Positions 1 through 15,194 of a DNA stretch of 50,400 nt are shown here, piece after piece. The stretch covers positions 1 through 50,400 of the forward strand of contig CBDCCZ010000033.1 in NCBI GenBank assembly GCA_965215005.1, written 5' to 3'. A program made the position numbers and the translations under genes. Under the pieces are notes generated by a model that was not told the origin of the DNA, did no database searches, and saw only the letters and a list, made by a program, of their open reading frames with translations. Source of the DNA: Kofleriaceae bacterium. GTDB taxonomy: Bacteria; Myxococcota_A; Polyangia; Haliangiales; Haliangiaceae. Numbering within the stretch: the first letter of the stretch is position 1; each line of letters opens with the position of its first letter.

Positions 1-380
1 TCGGCGGCGCCGGCGGTGAACGCAACGCCGCCAAAGAGCCGCGGTGGCAGCTCAGGGGCATCGGGATGGGTGGCCACCTCCAGGCACTCCCACAGCGGCA
101 GCGACGCCTGCGCCAGGCCCCGAAGACGATCGGGCCCGCTCGCCATGACCTCAGCGGCTGCACCGCGGCCGACCATGGAAGGTCCGCTTGGAGGCGCCCA
201 AAGAACGGCTGCGCCTGTGTCCACGCCAAACTGCGCGGCAAACGGCTGCGCAGGCGCCGGCACGGTGATCACCGCCAGGCTCTGCCGCCGAGCCGCGCGT
301 GCCAGGGAGTCGCGGGCAAAGCGCAGCGTGTCGCGCGGCCTCGAAGCCCCGCGAGTCACCTCGTGAGCCGATAAGCTCAT
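1..380 (-). CDS. menF: Isochorismate synthase-like protein (5' part, runs off window)
   Basis: Not in the ORF track. Manual translation from ATG 380 (ATGA overlap with the ubiE stop) gives MSLSAHEV...VLWAPP..MVGRGAAAEV...PRLFGGVAF, open to the window edge. PRLFGGxAF is typical of MenF N-termini, and the context is a menaquinone operon. Confidence 0.6.
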   Translation of the reverse strand, partial: MSLSAHEVTRGASRPRDTLRFARDSLARAARRQSLAVITVPAPAQPFAAQFGVDTGAAVLWAPPSGPSMVGRGAAAEVMASGPDRLRGLAQASLPLWECLEVATHPDAPELPPRLFGGVAFTAGAA

Positions 381-1104
381 GCGGCGCTCCGTCGCGGCGT
401 CGCGACGTATAGATAGCAGGCGCCGAAGCCAAATTTCTGGACCCGAGTCACCTCGAGCCCAGCAGCGCCGAGCAGCGCGGCGAACGCATCTGGGGGCGGA
501 AACGCCGCGATCGACTCCTGCAAGTATCGATACTCACGCGAGCCCGACAGCAGCGCGCCCATCCGTGGCACCAGAACGCGAACGTGGAACCTCGCCAGCG
601 GCGCGAGCAACCCTCGGCGCGGCTCGGCCAGCTCGAGGATGCAAATCCGGCCGCCCGGCTTGGTGACGCGGGCCATCTCGGCGAGCGCGCGAGCGCGGTC
701 GGGAACATTGCGGATGCCGAACGCCATGGTGACGCCGTGAAAGCTGGCGTCGTCATACGGTAGCTCCTGCGCATCGCCAACCTCGAGTCGGACGCGCTTT
801 GTGAGCTGGGCGCGGGCGATTTTTTCGTCGCCGACCTCGAGCATGCCGGCAGACGGATCACTGCCAATGATCGTGGCCGTGGGATAGCGCCGGGCAATGG
901 CGAGCGCCACGTCGGCGGTGCCGGTGGCGAGGTCGAGGACGTGGGCGTTTGGCGGCAGCTCCAGAGCTTTGACAGTGCGTTTGCGCCAACGATGATCCAG
1001 CCCGACCGACATCAGTCGGTTGAGCAAATCGTAGCGCGGCGCGATCCGGTCGAACATCTCGCCGCTGCCGCCGCGCGGCGTCTCGGACTTCTGCAGTTGG
1101 ACGC

Positions 1105-1108
<4 letters not shown>
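377..1108 (-). CDS. ubiE: Demethylmenaquinone/ubiquinone C-methyltransferase (UbiE/MenG)
   Basis: MFDRIAPRYDLLNRLMSVGLDHRWR, VLDLATGTAD SAM motif, FGIRNV, YRYLQESI..FP. Confidence 0.95.
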
Positions 1109-2379
<1,271 letters not shown>

Positions 2380-2381
2380 GC

Positions 2382-3455
<1,074 letters not shown>

Positions 3456-3492
3456 TCTGGTATCTCCTCGCACCGTCTTCGATGGTCTCAGA

Positions 3493-3514
3493 GGTTTCAA
3501 AGATTCATGAAACC
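3493..3514. promoter_or_regulatory. Inverted repeat GGTTTCA-N8-TGAAACC, candidate operator upstream of the isoprenoid/menaquinone operon
   Basis: Perfect 7-bp arms in an AT-rich patch 40-60 nt upstream of ATG 3455. Confidence 0.4.
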
Positions 3515-3841
3515 AGAGAAAACACAACTGCCGTTTCTGAAAGCGGCGATAATTACTACAAATTTCTCGATCTTCAGGCGGAGTAAACGGCGCTTACGGC
3601 ATTTGCGGAGGTAGGCATACGACATTTCCTACCATCTTTTCTGGCGTCTTGCGCCTCTACCGCATCCGTGCAACATGAAGGGTCTGTTCGAGCACTCGAG
3701 GAGGGGATCATCCGGATGAAGCCTGCGAATGCTGGCACCTGCCGCCGCTGGAGCGTGCGGCATTCTGCGACGCAGATGGGCGGCCAGCGCGGTGTCTCGC
3801 TCGTGGCGACAGCCGGCGATCCACGGTAGACGGAGCGCATC

Positions 3842-4933
3842 GTGGAATCGCATCGCAAGCGTGAGCAGCGAATCGTCGCGCGTTGCCGGGTCGAGTTCGA
3901 GCGGCTCGACCGGATGATTCGTGCGGAGTCAGAAGATCTCAGCAAGCACGGCATCTTCGTCCGCACCGACGAATTGTTGCCAGCCGGCGCGGTCACCGAG
4001 CTCGCGGTCACGCTGCCCGATGGCAATCACCTACGGCTGATTTCGCGGGTGGCCCATCTGCTTTCGCCGTCGGCGGCCCGTGCCTTGGGTCGACGTGCCG
4101 GAATGGGCTTTGAGTTTCTCGAGCAAGAGAGCGAGGGCTATGAGCACCTCGCTGGCTATCTCGATGAGCTCATGGAGGAGCTCACGCCAACCCCGATCAC
4201 GATGCCGCCGGTGATGCGCGTCATGATCGCCGACCCGTCGCCGCCGTTGCTCCATCGCTTGACCACGGCGATGGACGGCAAAGGCTTCGTCCTCGAAACC
4301 TTCACCACCGGCAGCGACGTCTACGCAGCCTGCGCCGAGCGGCCGCCCGACGCCATCGTCGCTGACGCTGCGTTGCCCGGAGTCGATGGCTGGACGCTCG
4401 TCAAGATGATCACCTCGCGGCCGCGGCTGGCCGCGGTGCCCATCATTTTAATGAGCGACGACGCCAGCGATATGACGCGGCTGCAAGCGTACCGACTCGG
4501 GGTCTTTGACTTCTTGCACAAGCCCTTTACCGAGGAAGAGCTGGTGTTGCGCCTGCGCCGGTTGGCGGCGAGTGAGCCGCGTGAAGCCGACCGAGTCATG
4601 CTGCGCGGCAACTTGATGGAGATCTCCGTGGCCACGCTGCTGTCGATGTTCGAGTTCGAGCGCAAGTCGGGCATCTTGGTGGTGTTGAGTAACGCTGCCG
4701 TGGCGCGCTTGTTCGTCGCCAATGGCCGCGTCGTCAAGATCGAGCACGGCGCCGACGTCGAGCGGCCACCGCGGCAACAGGTGATGGACGTGCTCGATTG
4801 GATCGGCGGCAACTTCGAGTTCACCGCGTGCGAGGTGGTCGGCGGCGACGATATCGGCTTGCCGACCTCATCGCTCCTGCTCGAGCACGCCCGCTTGCGC
4901 GATGAAGCTCGCACCACGCCCCCCGAGTCGTAA
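3842..4933 (+). CDS. PilZ-receiver-DUF4388 (PatA-N-like) response regulator
   Basis: N-terminal KxxxR/DLSKHG PilZ-like region; REC domain (DAIVADAALPGVDG, KPF); C-terminal LRGNL...RKSG.L...W.GGNFEF typical of DUF4388. Confidence 0.85.
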   Translation: MESHRKREQRIVARCRVEFERLDRMIRAESEDLSKHGIFVRTDELLPAGAVTELAVTLPDGNHLRLISRVAHLLSPSAARALGRRAGMGFEFLEQESEGYEHLAGYLDELMEELTPTPITMPPVMRVMIADPSPPLLHRLTTAMDGKGFVLETFTTGSDVYAACAERPPDAIVADAALPGVDGWTLVKMITSRPRLAAVPIILMSDDASDMTRLQAYRLGVFDFLHKPFTEEELVLRLRRLAASEPREADRVMLRGNLMEISVATLLSMFEFERKSGILVVLSNAAVARLFVANGRVVKIEHGADVERPPRQQVMDVLDWIGGNFEFTACEVVGGDDIGLPTSSLLLEHARLRDEARTTPPES

Positions 4934-5075
4934 CGCGATTCTCGTTGGCCCGGCTTCACCACGAGGCAGCTCAACACGTTGCACGCGCTGCTCGTCAAGG
5001 CGACGTACTGGCTCGGATACTGAGGTGGGAGATGGCGTGGTGACAGCGCCGCTCGGGTTGGTTACGGTTTGACCG

Positions 5076-5810
5076 ATGCAGCCGACCATCGAAGCGCGTG
5101 ATTTGCATTTCCACTACAGTGGGCAGACGCGGCAGGCGCTGCGCGGCGTCGACTTCGTTGGCTATCCCGGCATGCGTTGTCTGCTCATCGGCGCCAACGG
5201 TGCGGGTAAGACGACTCTGTTGCGGGTCATTGCGGGCAAGCACATGGTGCCGCACGAAGCGGTGCGGGTGCTCGGCACTTCGGCGTTTCACGATACCCGT
5301 CTGGCCGACCGCGTCGAGCTCATCGCGGGACGCTTCGGCTTCGAGGTCGATCTCACCGTGCAGAGCATCGTCGATGGTGTTCGCGGCGTCGAGCCAGCGC
5401 GTCGCCAGCGCTTGTTCGAGATGCTCGAGGTCGACCCCGAGTGGCGCATGCACGCGGTCTCCGATGGTCAGCGCCGGCGTGTGCAGATCTTGCTTTCGCT
5501 GTTGCGCCCCTCGGAGGTGTTGCTGCTCGACGAGGTCACGACCGACCTCGACGTTCTCGCGCGCGGTGCCCTGCTGGAGTTCTTGCGAAGCGACGTCGAC
5601 TCGCGCGGCACGACGGTTCTCTACGCCACGCATATCTTCGACGGCCTCGAGGACTGGGCGACACACCTTGCATACATGCACGCAGGCCGCATCACCTATA
5701 TGGCGGCTCTCGATGCCATCGAGGAGCTGACGGCGCTGCGCCGCTCCGGTGTGGGCTCGCCGATCTTGCGGCTCGTCGAGGGCTGGTTGCGTCGCGATCG
5801 CCCGCGGTAG
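5076..5810 (+). CDS. Stand-alone ABC ATPase, CAF16/plant ABCI19-21-like
   Basis: GANGAGKTT, AGKHMV, WRMHAVSDGQRRRVQI, LLLDEVTTDLDV, YATHIFDGLEDWATH. No adjacent permease. Confidence 0.85.
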   Translation: MQPTIEARDLHFHYSGQTRQALRGVDFVGYPGMRCLLIGANGAGKTTLLRVIAGKHMVPHEAVRVLGTSAFHDTRLADRVELIAGRFGFEVDLTVQSIVDGVRGVEPARRQRLFEMLEVDPEWRMHAVSDGQRRRVQILLSLLRPSEVLLLDEVTTDLDVLARGALLEFLRSDVDSRGTTVLYATHIFDGLEDWATHLAYMHAGRITYMAALDAIEELTALRRSGVGSPILRLVEGWLRRDRPR

Positions 5811-5900
5811 TACGACGTCGGCTCGATAACCCCCAACGAGTCGTTTTACGGGGAGGCCTGGTTTCTGGACCGAGGCACAGTCCTGGTATCATGGTCGGCG

Positions 5901-6431
5901 ATGGAGTCGGGGGACGGGCTCAACTTGCCCAAGCTCGCAGTGGCGATCGAGCTCGCCGTGCACGGTCATGGGGCATGCCGGGTCGAGGTGTTCGTGGCCA
6001 TGCATGTTTCGAGCGGCTACCGCCCGCAGCACGTGCTCGAGGTGCTCGAGAGCAGCGAGAGCTTTTTGCCGACACGGCCGGTCGGCGGTGAGCGATTCAC
6101 GTTGGTCAACAAGGCTGCCATCGTCTGGGTCCGCATCGCGCTAGCGCACGGTGAGCTGCCGGTGGAGGAGTCGGCGGAGGTGGTGTCGCCGACGCTGTTC
6201 GACGTCGTGCATCGCGTTGCTGTCGAGCTCTCGGCCGGCGAGGTGATCGAGGGTCACCTGATGTACTCATCACCGTTCGGACAAGCGCGGGTCATCGACT
6301 ATCTCAATCGCACCGACCGCTTCGTGCGTCTGTGGACGAGCGAGCACCTGTATCTCCTCAACAAAGCCTTCGTCATCGGCGTCACCGAGCGCGATGCCTC
6401 GGCCCGATCGGCAACTCTTAGGGAGCCCTAA
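5901..6431 (+). CDS. Hypothetical protein with two internal repeats (Sm-like/DUF6812-like)
   Basis: Two halves ending F..LVNKAAIVWV and F..LLNKAFVIGV. Stop overlaps the pilT start (TAATG). Confidence 0.7.
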   Translation: MESGDGLNLPKLAVAIELAVHGHGACRVEVFVAMHVSSGYRPQHVLEVLESSESFLPTRPVGGERFTLVNKAAIVWVRIALAHGELPVEESAEVVSPTLFDVVHRVAVELSAGEVIEGHLMYSSPFGQARVIDYLNRTDRFVRLWTSEHLYLLNKAFVIGVTERDASARSATLREP

Positions 6432-8005
6432 TGCCGCGCCTCGATGTCTACCTGCGCAGCTTGCAGCGCTTTGGCGCGACCGCCCTGGTGCTCACCAGCG
6501 GTCAGCCGGTGGTGTTGCGTTTTCCCGCGGGCGACCGCCACGCCACCCAAACCACGCCGCATGATCAGCTCGTCGCCTTGGTGCGGGAGATCGCCGGACC
6601 GGCCGAGTGGCAGAGCGCGAGCACCGGGCGCGCCGCCAGCTTTACCTATCGCTCAGAATCGGGTCCGTATCGTGTCGAGGTGTTGCCGCAGGGCCCGAGC
6701 TGGAGCATTACGGTCGAGCCGGGTGAGGCGGCGATGATGGCAGGTGGCGCAAGTGCCGTCGCTGCGGCAGCGGCTCCTCCGCCAGTCGCGCCACCGCCAG
6801 CGGCGCCGCCGATGCCTGACTCGATGTCGATCGAGAGTGCCGGCGCTCGCGCCGCGGCGGCACCAGAGTCGGACTTCATGATCGAGCGGACGTCGTACGA
6901 GGTGCCCGACGACGCGGCCGCGATCGGAACGTCGTCGTATCTCGACGATCTTCTCTGCAAGATGAAGGAGTCGGGCGCCTCGGACTTGCACTTGTGCAGC
7001 GGTTGCCCGCCGATCGTGCGCCTGCACGGCGAGATGCAGCCGATTCCCGGCGTCGAGACGCTCTCGCCCGAGCGCCTCCTCGAGGAGCTGAGCGCCATCA
7101 CACCGGCGACCAACCGAGAGGAATTCGCCGCGCGCAGCGATACCGACTTCGCGTATGCGATTCCCAAGGTGTCGCGATTTCGCGTCAACATGTTCATGGA
7201 CCGCAAAGGCCCCGGTGCGGTGTTCCGCGCGATTCCCTTCGAGATGCCCGACGCCGGCAAGCTCGGTATTCCCGCCCAAGTGCTCGAGCTCGGCAACCTC
7301 ACCAAGGGCCTGGTGGTGGTCACCGGTCCCACCGGCTCGGGAAAATCTACGACGCTGGCGGCATTGATCGACCACATCAATCAGACCCGCAGCGCGCACA
7401 TCATCACCATCGAAGATCCGGTGGAGTTCGTGCATCCAAACAAGCGCTGCCTGGTCAATCAGCGCGAGATTGGCGTGCACACCAAGTCTTTCAAAGCGGC
7501 GTTACGCGCCGCTCTGCGCGAGGATCCCGATATCGTCCTGGTCGGCGAGATGCGCGACCTCGAGACCATTGCCATCGCTGTCGAGACCGCGGAGACCGGC
7601 CACTTGGTCTTCGGCACCCTGCACACCACGACCGCGCCCGGCACGGTCGATCGGATCATCGATCAATTTCCCTCGGATCGGCAGGAGCAGGTGCGAACCA
7701 TGCTTTCAGAGTCGCTCAAGGGCGTGATCGCGCAGGTGCTCTGCAAGCGAGTGGGCGGCGGTCGCTGCGCGGCCTACGAGATCCTCTTGGGCTCGAACGC
7801 GGTGTCGAACCTGATTCGCGAGCGCAAAACCTTTCAGCTGTTCAGCATCATGCAGACCGGGCGCAATCAAGGAATGGTGACGATGAACGACTCGCTGATC
7901 GAGCTGGTCAAGGCCGGCAAGGTCGAGCCCCTCGAGGCGTACATGAAGTCGGTGAACAAGTCGGAGATGAAGACCTTACTCACGCGGGCTGGACACGAGC
8001 TGTAG
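6431..8005 (+). CDS. pilT: Type IV pilus retraction ATPase PilT family with N-terminal extension
   Basis: ASDLHL, RFRVN, GPTGSGKSTT, TIEDPVE, ALREDPD, GEMRD, TGHLVFGTLHT, AVSNLIRE. Confidence 0.93.
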   Translation: MPRLDVYLRSLQRFGATALVLTSGQPVVLRFPAGDRHATQTTPHDQLVALVREIAGPAEWQSASTGRAASFTYRSESGPYRVEVLPQGPSWSITVEPGEAAMMAGGASAVAAAAAPPPVAPPPAAPPMPDSMSIESAGARAAAAPESDFMIERTSYEVPDDAAAIGTSSYLDDLLCKMKESGASDLHLCSGCPPIVRLHGEMQPIPGVETLSPERLLEELSAITPATNREEFAARSDTDFAYAIPKVSRFRVNMFMDRKGPGAVFRAIPFEMPDAGKLGIPAQVLELGNLTKGLVVVTGPTGSGKSTTLAALIDHINQTRSAHIITIEDPVEFVHPNKRCLVNQREIGVHTKSFKAALRAALREDPDIVLVGEMRDLETIAIAVETAETGHLVFGTLHTTTAPGTVDRIIDQFPSDRQEQVRTMLSESLKGVIAQVLCKRVGGGRCAAYEILLGSNAVSNLIRERKTFQLFSIMQTGRNQGMVTMNDSLIELVKAGKVEPLEAYMKSVNKSEMKTLLTRAGHEL

Positions 8006-8031
8006 TATAGTTTTTACCGAGCAGCAGCATC

Positions 8032-8961
<930 letters not shown>

Positions 8962-9057
8962 ACCGCTGAACCTGCGCGGAGACTGCGCCGGCGCGTCGTC
9001 GCGGGTGCTGGCACCACGACCGTATTCGGGCTAAGCATCGCTTCAGAAACCGCCCGT

Positions 9058-11481
<2,424 letters not shown>

Positions 11482-11497
11482 TTAGCCGGACGAGCTC

Positions 11498-11525
11498 GGG
11501 TGCGACAGGGACACCCGTCGCACCC
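11498..11525. other. GC-rich stem-loop downstream of mutS2 (terminator- or REP-like)
   Basis: GGGTGCGAC(A)GGG-ACA-CCCGTCGCACCC, about a 12-bp stem; no U-tract. Confidence 0.4.
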
Positions 11526-11812
11526 GTCGCACCTGCGGCAGGCGTTCGCGTCGCGGTAACTCGCTGGTAGGCGCGAGCAACGACGCTTTGAGCGCGCTGT
11601 CGGTGTCACGAAAGCGCCGCGCGCAGCATCTCAGACGTCAATGGTTGTCGCTACCTACCGGCGCTTCGACGAGCCGCGACCAAGGTTGGCGACAGCGGCC
11701 TGCGGTCTGGCACTCGCTGTGAAATAGCCGCTTGCGTCCGCGGCATCGGTCGCGGTGCGGCGTCGAGTGTTTCGCCGCCGCGACAGTGCAACGCATCGCT
11801 CAGGAGATTTTC

Positions 11813-12061
11813 ATGCAACGACTCATTTCCATCGCTCAGCGCCAACAGCGAGCCTCGCTTCGCCATCTCGTCATGGCGGTCTTCGGAGTGCTGTTGATCG
11901 TCTTTATGACCAGCGCGCTGCGGGGTTCGTGGCTGACGATGCCAATTGGCGTCACGGCAACGGGGCCGGTAACCGAGCCGACTGTCGGCCACCGCGGCTC
12001 CGATTGCATCCAACCGCGCGTGGCGCTCGCCACCGTCGACGTCGATCGCGAGCCGTGTTGA
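11813..12061 (+). CDS. Small single-pass membrane protein
   Basis: AGGAG RBS before ATG 11813; hydrophobic LVMAVFGVLLIVFMTSAL; 82 aa. Confidence 0.55.
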   Translation: MQRLISIAQRQQRASLRHLVMAVFGVLLIVFMTSALRGSWLTMPIGVTATGPVTEPTVGHRGSDCIQPRVALATVDVDREPC

Positions 12062-12184
12062 TGGGACTGATGGGACGCAGAGTCGAGCCGCGCTCTCGCT
12101 GTCGCGGAATCTGCGTAGCAGCGGCACGACGCAACACCGCTGCGTGGCTTGCGCGCCGGGCATGGCGGCCAGTATGTCTAGCAG

Positions 12185-12604
12185 ATGCCCCAATCGCCGA
12201 CATACCGGCACTCCGTCGTGGTTGCCGCCGCTGACATCGACGAGCTCGGCCACGCCTCCAACCTCGTCTATCTGCGTTGGGTGCTAGACATCGCCCGAGA
12301 GCACTCGCGAGCAGTCGGTTACCACGCCGGCACCTATCGCGAGATCGGTGGCGTCTTCGTAGTGCGCCGCCACGAAATCGATTATCTGCGACCCGCGCTC
12401 GAGGCCGACGAGCTGCAGCTCGAAACGTGGATCGAGTCGTGGAAAGGAGCTTCGTCGTTGCGGCAGACCAACATCCTTCGCAAAGACGACGGCGCCACGC
12501 TCGCGCGGGCCGTCACCAATTGGGCGTTCGTGTCGCTGGAGAGCGGACGTCCGCAGCGGATGCCGCAAGCGCTCAAGGAGCGCTTTGCTCGCCTGGATGC
12601 GTAA
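12185..12604 (+). CDS. Acyl-CoA thioesterase, 4HBT/YbgC hotdog family
   Basis: DIDELGHASNLVYLRW, VVRRHEIDYLRPA, GRPQRMP. Confidence 0.9.
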   Translation: MPQSPTYRHSVVVAAADIDELGHASNLVYLRWVLDIAREHSRAVGYHAGTYREIGGVFVVRRHEIDYLRPALEADELQLETWIESWKGASSLRQTNILRKDDGATLARAVTNWAFVSLESGRPQRMPQALKERFARLDA

Positions 12605-12661
12605 ACCGGAGCGCGTTCTGCCGTCTGCAGGCGGTCGTGCGCTGCGACGCCGATGGTCACC

Positions 12662-12982
12662 TCAGTCTGGCGCTTTGCAGATGCCTTTATTGTTGCAGCC
12701 TGGCGACGGCGCTTCGCACTCGGAGTCGAGCGCGCACGTATGACTGCAGTGCGGGCCTTTGTTGTTGAACTCGAAGCAGAGCTCGCTCTCGCACTCGGCG
12801 TTGGCAGTGCACTCGGCCATGAATGGCAACAAGTCACCGGGCTGATCGGCGGGCTGGTCTCCCATGACCACGCCGGCATCGGCGCTGTCGGGTGGCAGCG
12901 GCATGTCGTCGTCGCTGGCGACGCAGCCGCTTAGGAGAAGAAACGCCGGGAGAGCCAACCACGCGGGAACCAGTCGCACCAT
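12662..12982 (-). CDS. Small Cys-rich lipoprotein
   Basis: Signal plus lipobox LSGC, acidic linker, CTANAECESELC...CSHTCALDSEC...GCNNKGIC. Confidence 0.8.
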   Translation of the reverse strand: MVRLVPAWLALPAFLLLSGCVASDDDMPLPPDSADAGVVMGDQPADQPGDLLPFMAECTANAECESELCFEFNNKGPHCSHTCALDSECEAPSPGCNNKGICKAPD

Positions 12983-12995
12983 GCGACTGCATCAA

Positions 12996-13011
12996 AGCAG
13001 CTCGCGTGCCA
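12996..13011 (-). promoter_or_regulatory. sigma54 -24/-12 promoter
   Basis: Minus strand TGGCACGCGAGCTGCT (GG-N10-GC); AT-rich tract upstream at about 13020-13050. Confidence 0.7.
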
Positions 13012-13092
13012 CGGCGTTTCAGTAATGAAATCAGTGCGATACAAAAATTAGCTGAGACCCAGCCTCCCCACCTCGGGGCGTCGACACCCGCA

Positions 13093-13860
13093 CTACAAAC
13101 AGTCGTAGGCGCTCGTGCACTCCGACAGCTGCGCCGCCGACCGTAGCCACACCGATAGCTCATCGCTCGGCTGGGCGCAGGACAGGGAGCCAATCGCCCG
13201 CAGACAGCGATCGGCCGCGCCGGCGTCGTAGCGGCACTCGCCCCGACTCACACGGGCGGCCGCCTCCGGATCCGCAAGCTGCGGCGCCAGGGCCGTGCAC
13301 ATGGCGCTGAGCTGCTGATCGACGAGGCCACATTGCTTCAAGCGCGCGCACATCGACTCCACCAATCGCACGCCAAACGTTCCCGCGTCGGAAATCCCCG
13401 CGGACCGCGGCGCCGCCGGCGGAGTCACGGATCGCCGCGGGGCCATCGGTTGCGGCAATGCGGGCTCGGGCATCGGGTCGGGCACGGCGCTCGGAACGGT
13501 GGACCGTTTGGCGCTGGTCTGCGGCGGGGGCTTTCGCGCCTGCTCGAGCAGGATCCCTATGGAGACGCCAATGGCCATCAGGGCGATGGCGCCGGCGACG
13601 TAGGGCCAGCGGCGCGACCACGTCGATGATGGATAGCTCGATGGGTACGGCGGCACGGACCGCGCGCGCGTTGGCGGGACTGCGACCTCGGCTGCAGGTG
13701 GGGAGCTGGGGGCGCGCGCGTCCTGGCGGCGCTGGCGGCGCTCTGCGTCGCGCATCGGCGCCAGGTCTTGCTTGCAGTGTTTGCAGCGACTCGCGATCGG
13801 ATGAATCGTGCCGCCACAGGCTGGGCAGCGCGCAAGGCCGGCGTTGCTCACGACCCCCAT
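13093..13860 (-). CDS. Membrane protein: zinc ribbon, TM helix, Pro-rich linker, Cys-rich C-terminal domain
   Basis: CPACGG...CKHC; WPYVAGAIALMAIGVSIGILL; C-terminal Cys pattern. Start is ATG 13860 or GTG 13851; the upstream extension overlaps the next gene. Confidence 0.75.
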   Translation of the reverse strand: MGVVSNAGLARCPACGGTIHPIASRCKHCKQDLAPMRDAERRQRRQDARAPSSPPAAEVAVPPTRARSVPPYPSSYPSSTWSRRWPYVAGAIALMAIGVSIGILLEQARKPPPQTSAKRSTVPSAVPDPMPEPALPQPMAPRRSVTPPAAPRSAGISDAGTFGVRLVESMCARLKQCGLVDQQLSAMCTALAPQLADPEAAARVSRGECRYDAGAADRCLRAIGSLSCAQPSDELSVWLRSAAQLSECTSAYDCL

Positions 13861-13922
13861 TGCACCACACCTTGGGGGCCGGCGCCCGTGCGACTTCGAG
13901 GCAATGCCAGACGTTGGTTCGT

Positions 13923-15107
13923 TTATGCCGGCGTGCACGCCTGGCGCAGCCATGGCGTGGCCTCGCGGAGCGCTGCATCCGCCCACGGCGCCTCGGCCAG
14001 AGCCAGGCGCCAAGGCTGGTTGGCAAGGCCCGCATCGCGCAGCGCGTGAATCAGCTTGAGGGTCCGAAAGCCATCGAACCAGTCGCGCAGGCGCCGTCGC
14101 ATGGCGGTCGGCTGCCGAGTCCTGCCGCGCGCGTCGGCGACGGCCGCGGCGATGCCGAGAGCCTCGGCGGCTGATTGCAGGTAAGGGTCGTCTAGGATGA
14201 GCGGCGCGCCAGCAGCGGCGGCGTCGAGCGCGGCGAGCAAGGTCTGCAGACGCGCAAAGCAGCCGGGATGGTAGAGACAAAACGGCTGTTTTTGCGCGAG
14301 CTCCTCAGCGATGCGCCGGGTCGCTGGCGCGGTGCCGAAGGGAACGCGACACGAGGCGCGTTCGGCGAGCAGCACGGGTGCGGTCGCGGGCGTGGCGATG
14401 CGACCAACCTTGGCCAGCTTGTTCACGAGATAGAAGTCTTCCCCGGCGGTGCGCAGCGGCACGCCTCGAACCGCCGCATACGCACCCGCGGTAACTGCGA
14501 GCGTGCTGCCAATCGTGTGGTGCGCGTAGCTCGAGCCCGCCCAGCGCAAGCCCTCGACGTAGTAGCGCAGCGACAGGTCGTAGAGCGCCAGGGCCTCGCC
14601 TCCGAGGTGTCGAAAACGGTAGGTGAGGGCGACGGCGTCGGGATGGCGCGCAGGCGCGGTGAAGTAGTCGCCGGGCAGCGCGGCGTCGGCATCGGTGAGA
14701 TGAATCCACGGGGTGGTAACGGCGTTGGCGGCGATGAGCGCGAGCGCCAAATCGCAGCCGATGCGCCGTGCCAGACCGACTCCTTGGCCGTGGGGTAAGC
14801 GATGGCCGGTGCTGCTGCGGTCGACGCTAACGACCGTGAGGCTGGTGTCGTGGGCGCGGGAAAGGGCATCGAGCAGCTCGCTGTTGGCGAGGTGCATCGC
14901 CGCTGGTGTGGCGTCGGTGGCATTGACCACCACGATCAGCAAGCACGGCGCGTTGGCGCCGGCCGCTGCTGCCGCGAGCTGGTCGACGAACGCGGGCGAT
15001 TCGCCCAGCGCCGGCACCACCACGACATGCTGCCATGGCCCCTGCAAGCTCGGCGCTCGATGAATTACGTCGTCGGCGTAGCGCGCCAGGTACTGCGAGA
15101 TGGACAC
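13923..15107 (-). CDS. Putative GT-A fold (family 2-like) glycosyltransferase
   Basis: VVVVPA.GE, GVGLARRIG.D, TDADA (DxD), GEDFY, S.RVPFGT. Confidence 0.7.
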   Translation of the reverse strand: MSISQYLARYADDVIHRAPSLQGPWQHVVVVPALGESPAFVDQLAAAAAGANAPCLLIVVVNATDATPAAMHLANSELLDALSRAHDTSLTVVSVDRSSTGHRLPHGQGVGLARRIGCDLALALIAANAVTTPWIHLTDADAALPGDYFTAPARHPDAVALTYRFRHLGGEALALYDLSLRYYVEGLRWAGSSYAHHTIGSTLAVTAGAYAAVRGVPLRTAGEDFYLVNKLAKVGRIATPATAPVLLAERASCRVPFGTAPATRRIAEELAQKQPFCLYHPGCFARLQTLLAALDAAAAGAPLILDDPYLQSAAEALGIAAAVADARGRTRQPTAMRRRLRDWFDGFRTLKLIHALRDAGLANQPWRLALAEAPWADAALREATPWLRQACTPA

Positions 15108-15194
15108 GGGGCTATCGTAGCCAGCTGCTGCGCCCGCGTTGCTTCAAAGGCGGCCATCCCGGCAACGGCAGCTGCAATGCCGTACATTGCATTC

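Noticed and set aside
3716..3829. 37-aa upstream ORF in frame with the PilZ-REC gene (TAG readthrough or leader peptide)
   Set aside because: No recognisable features; the PilZ domain starts normally at 3842.
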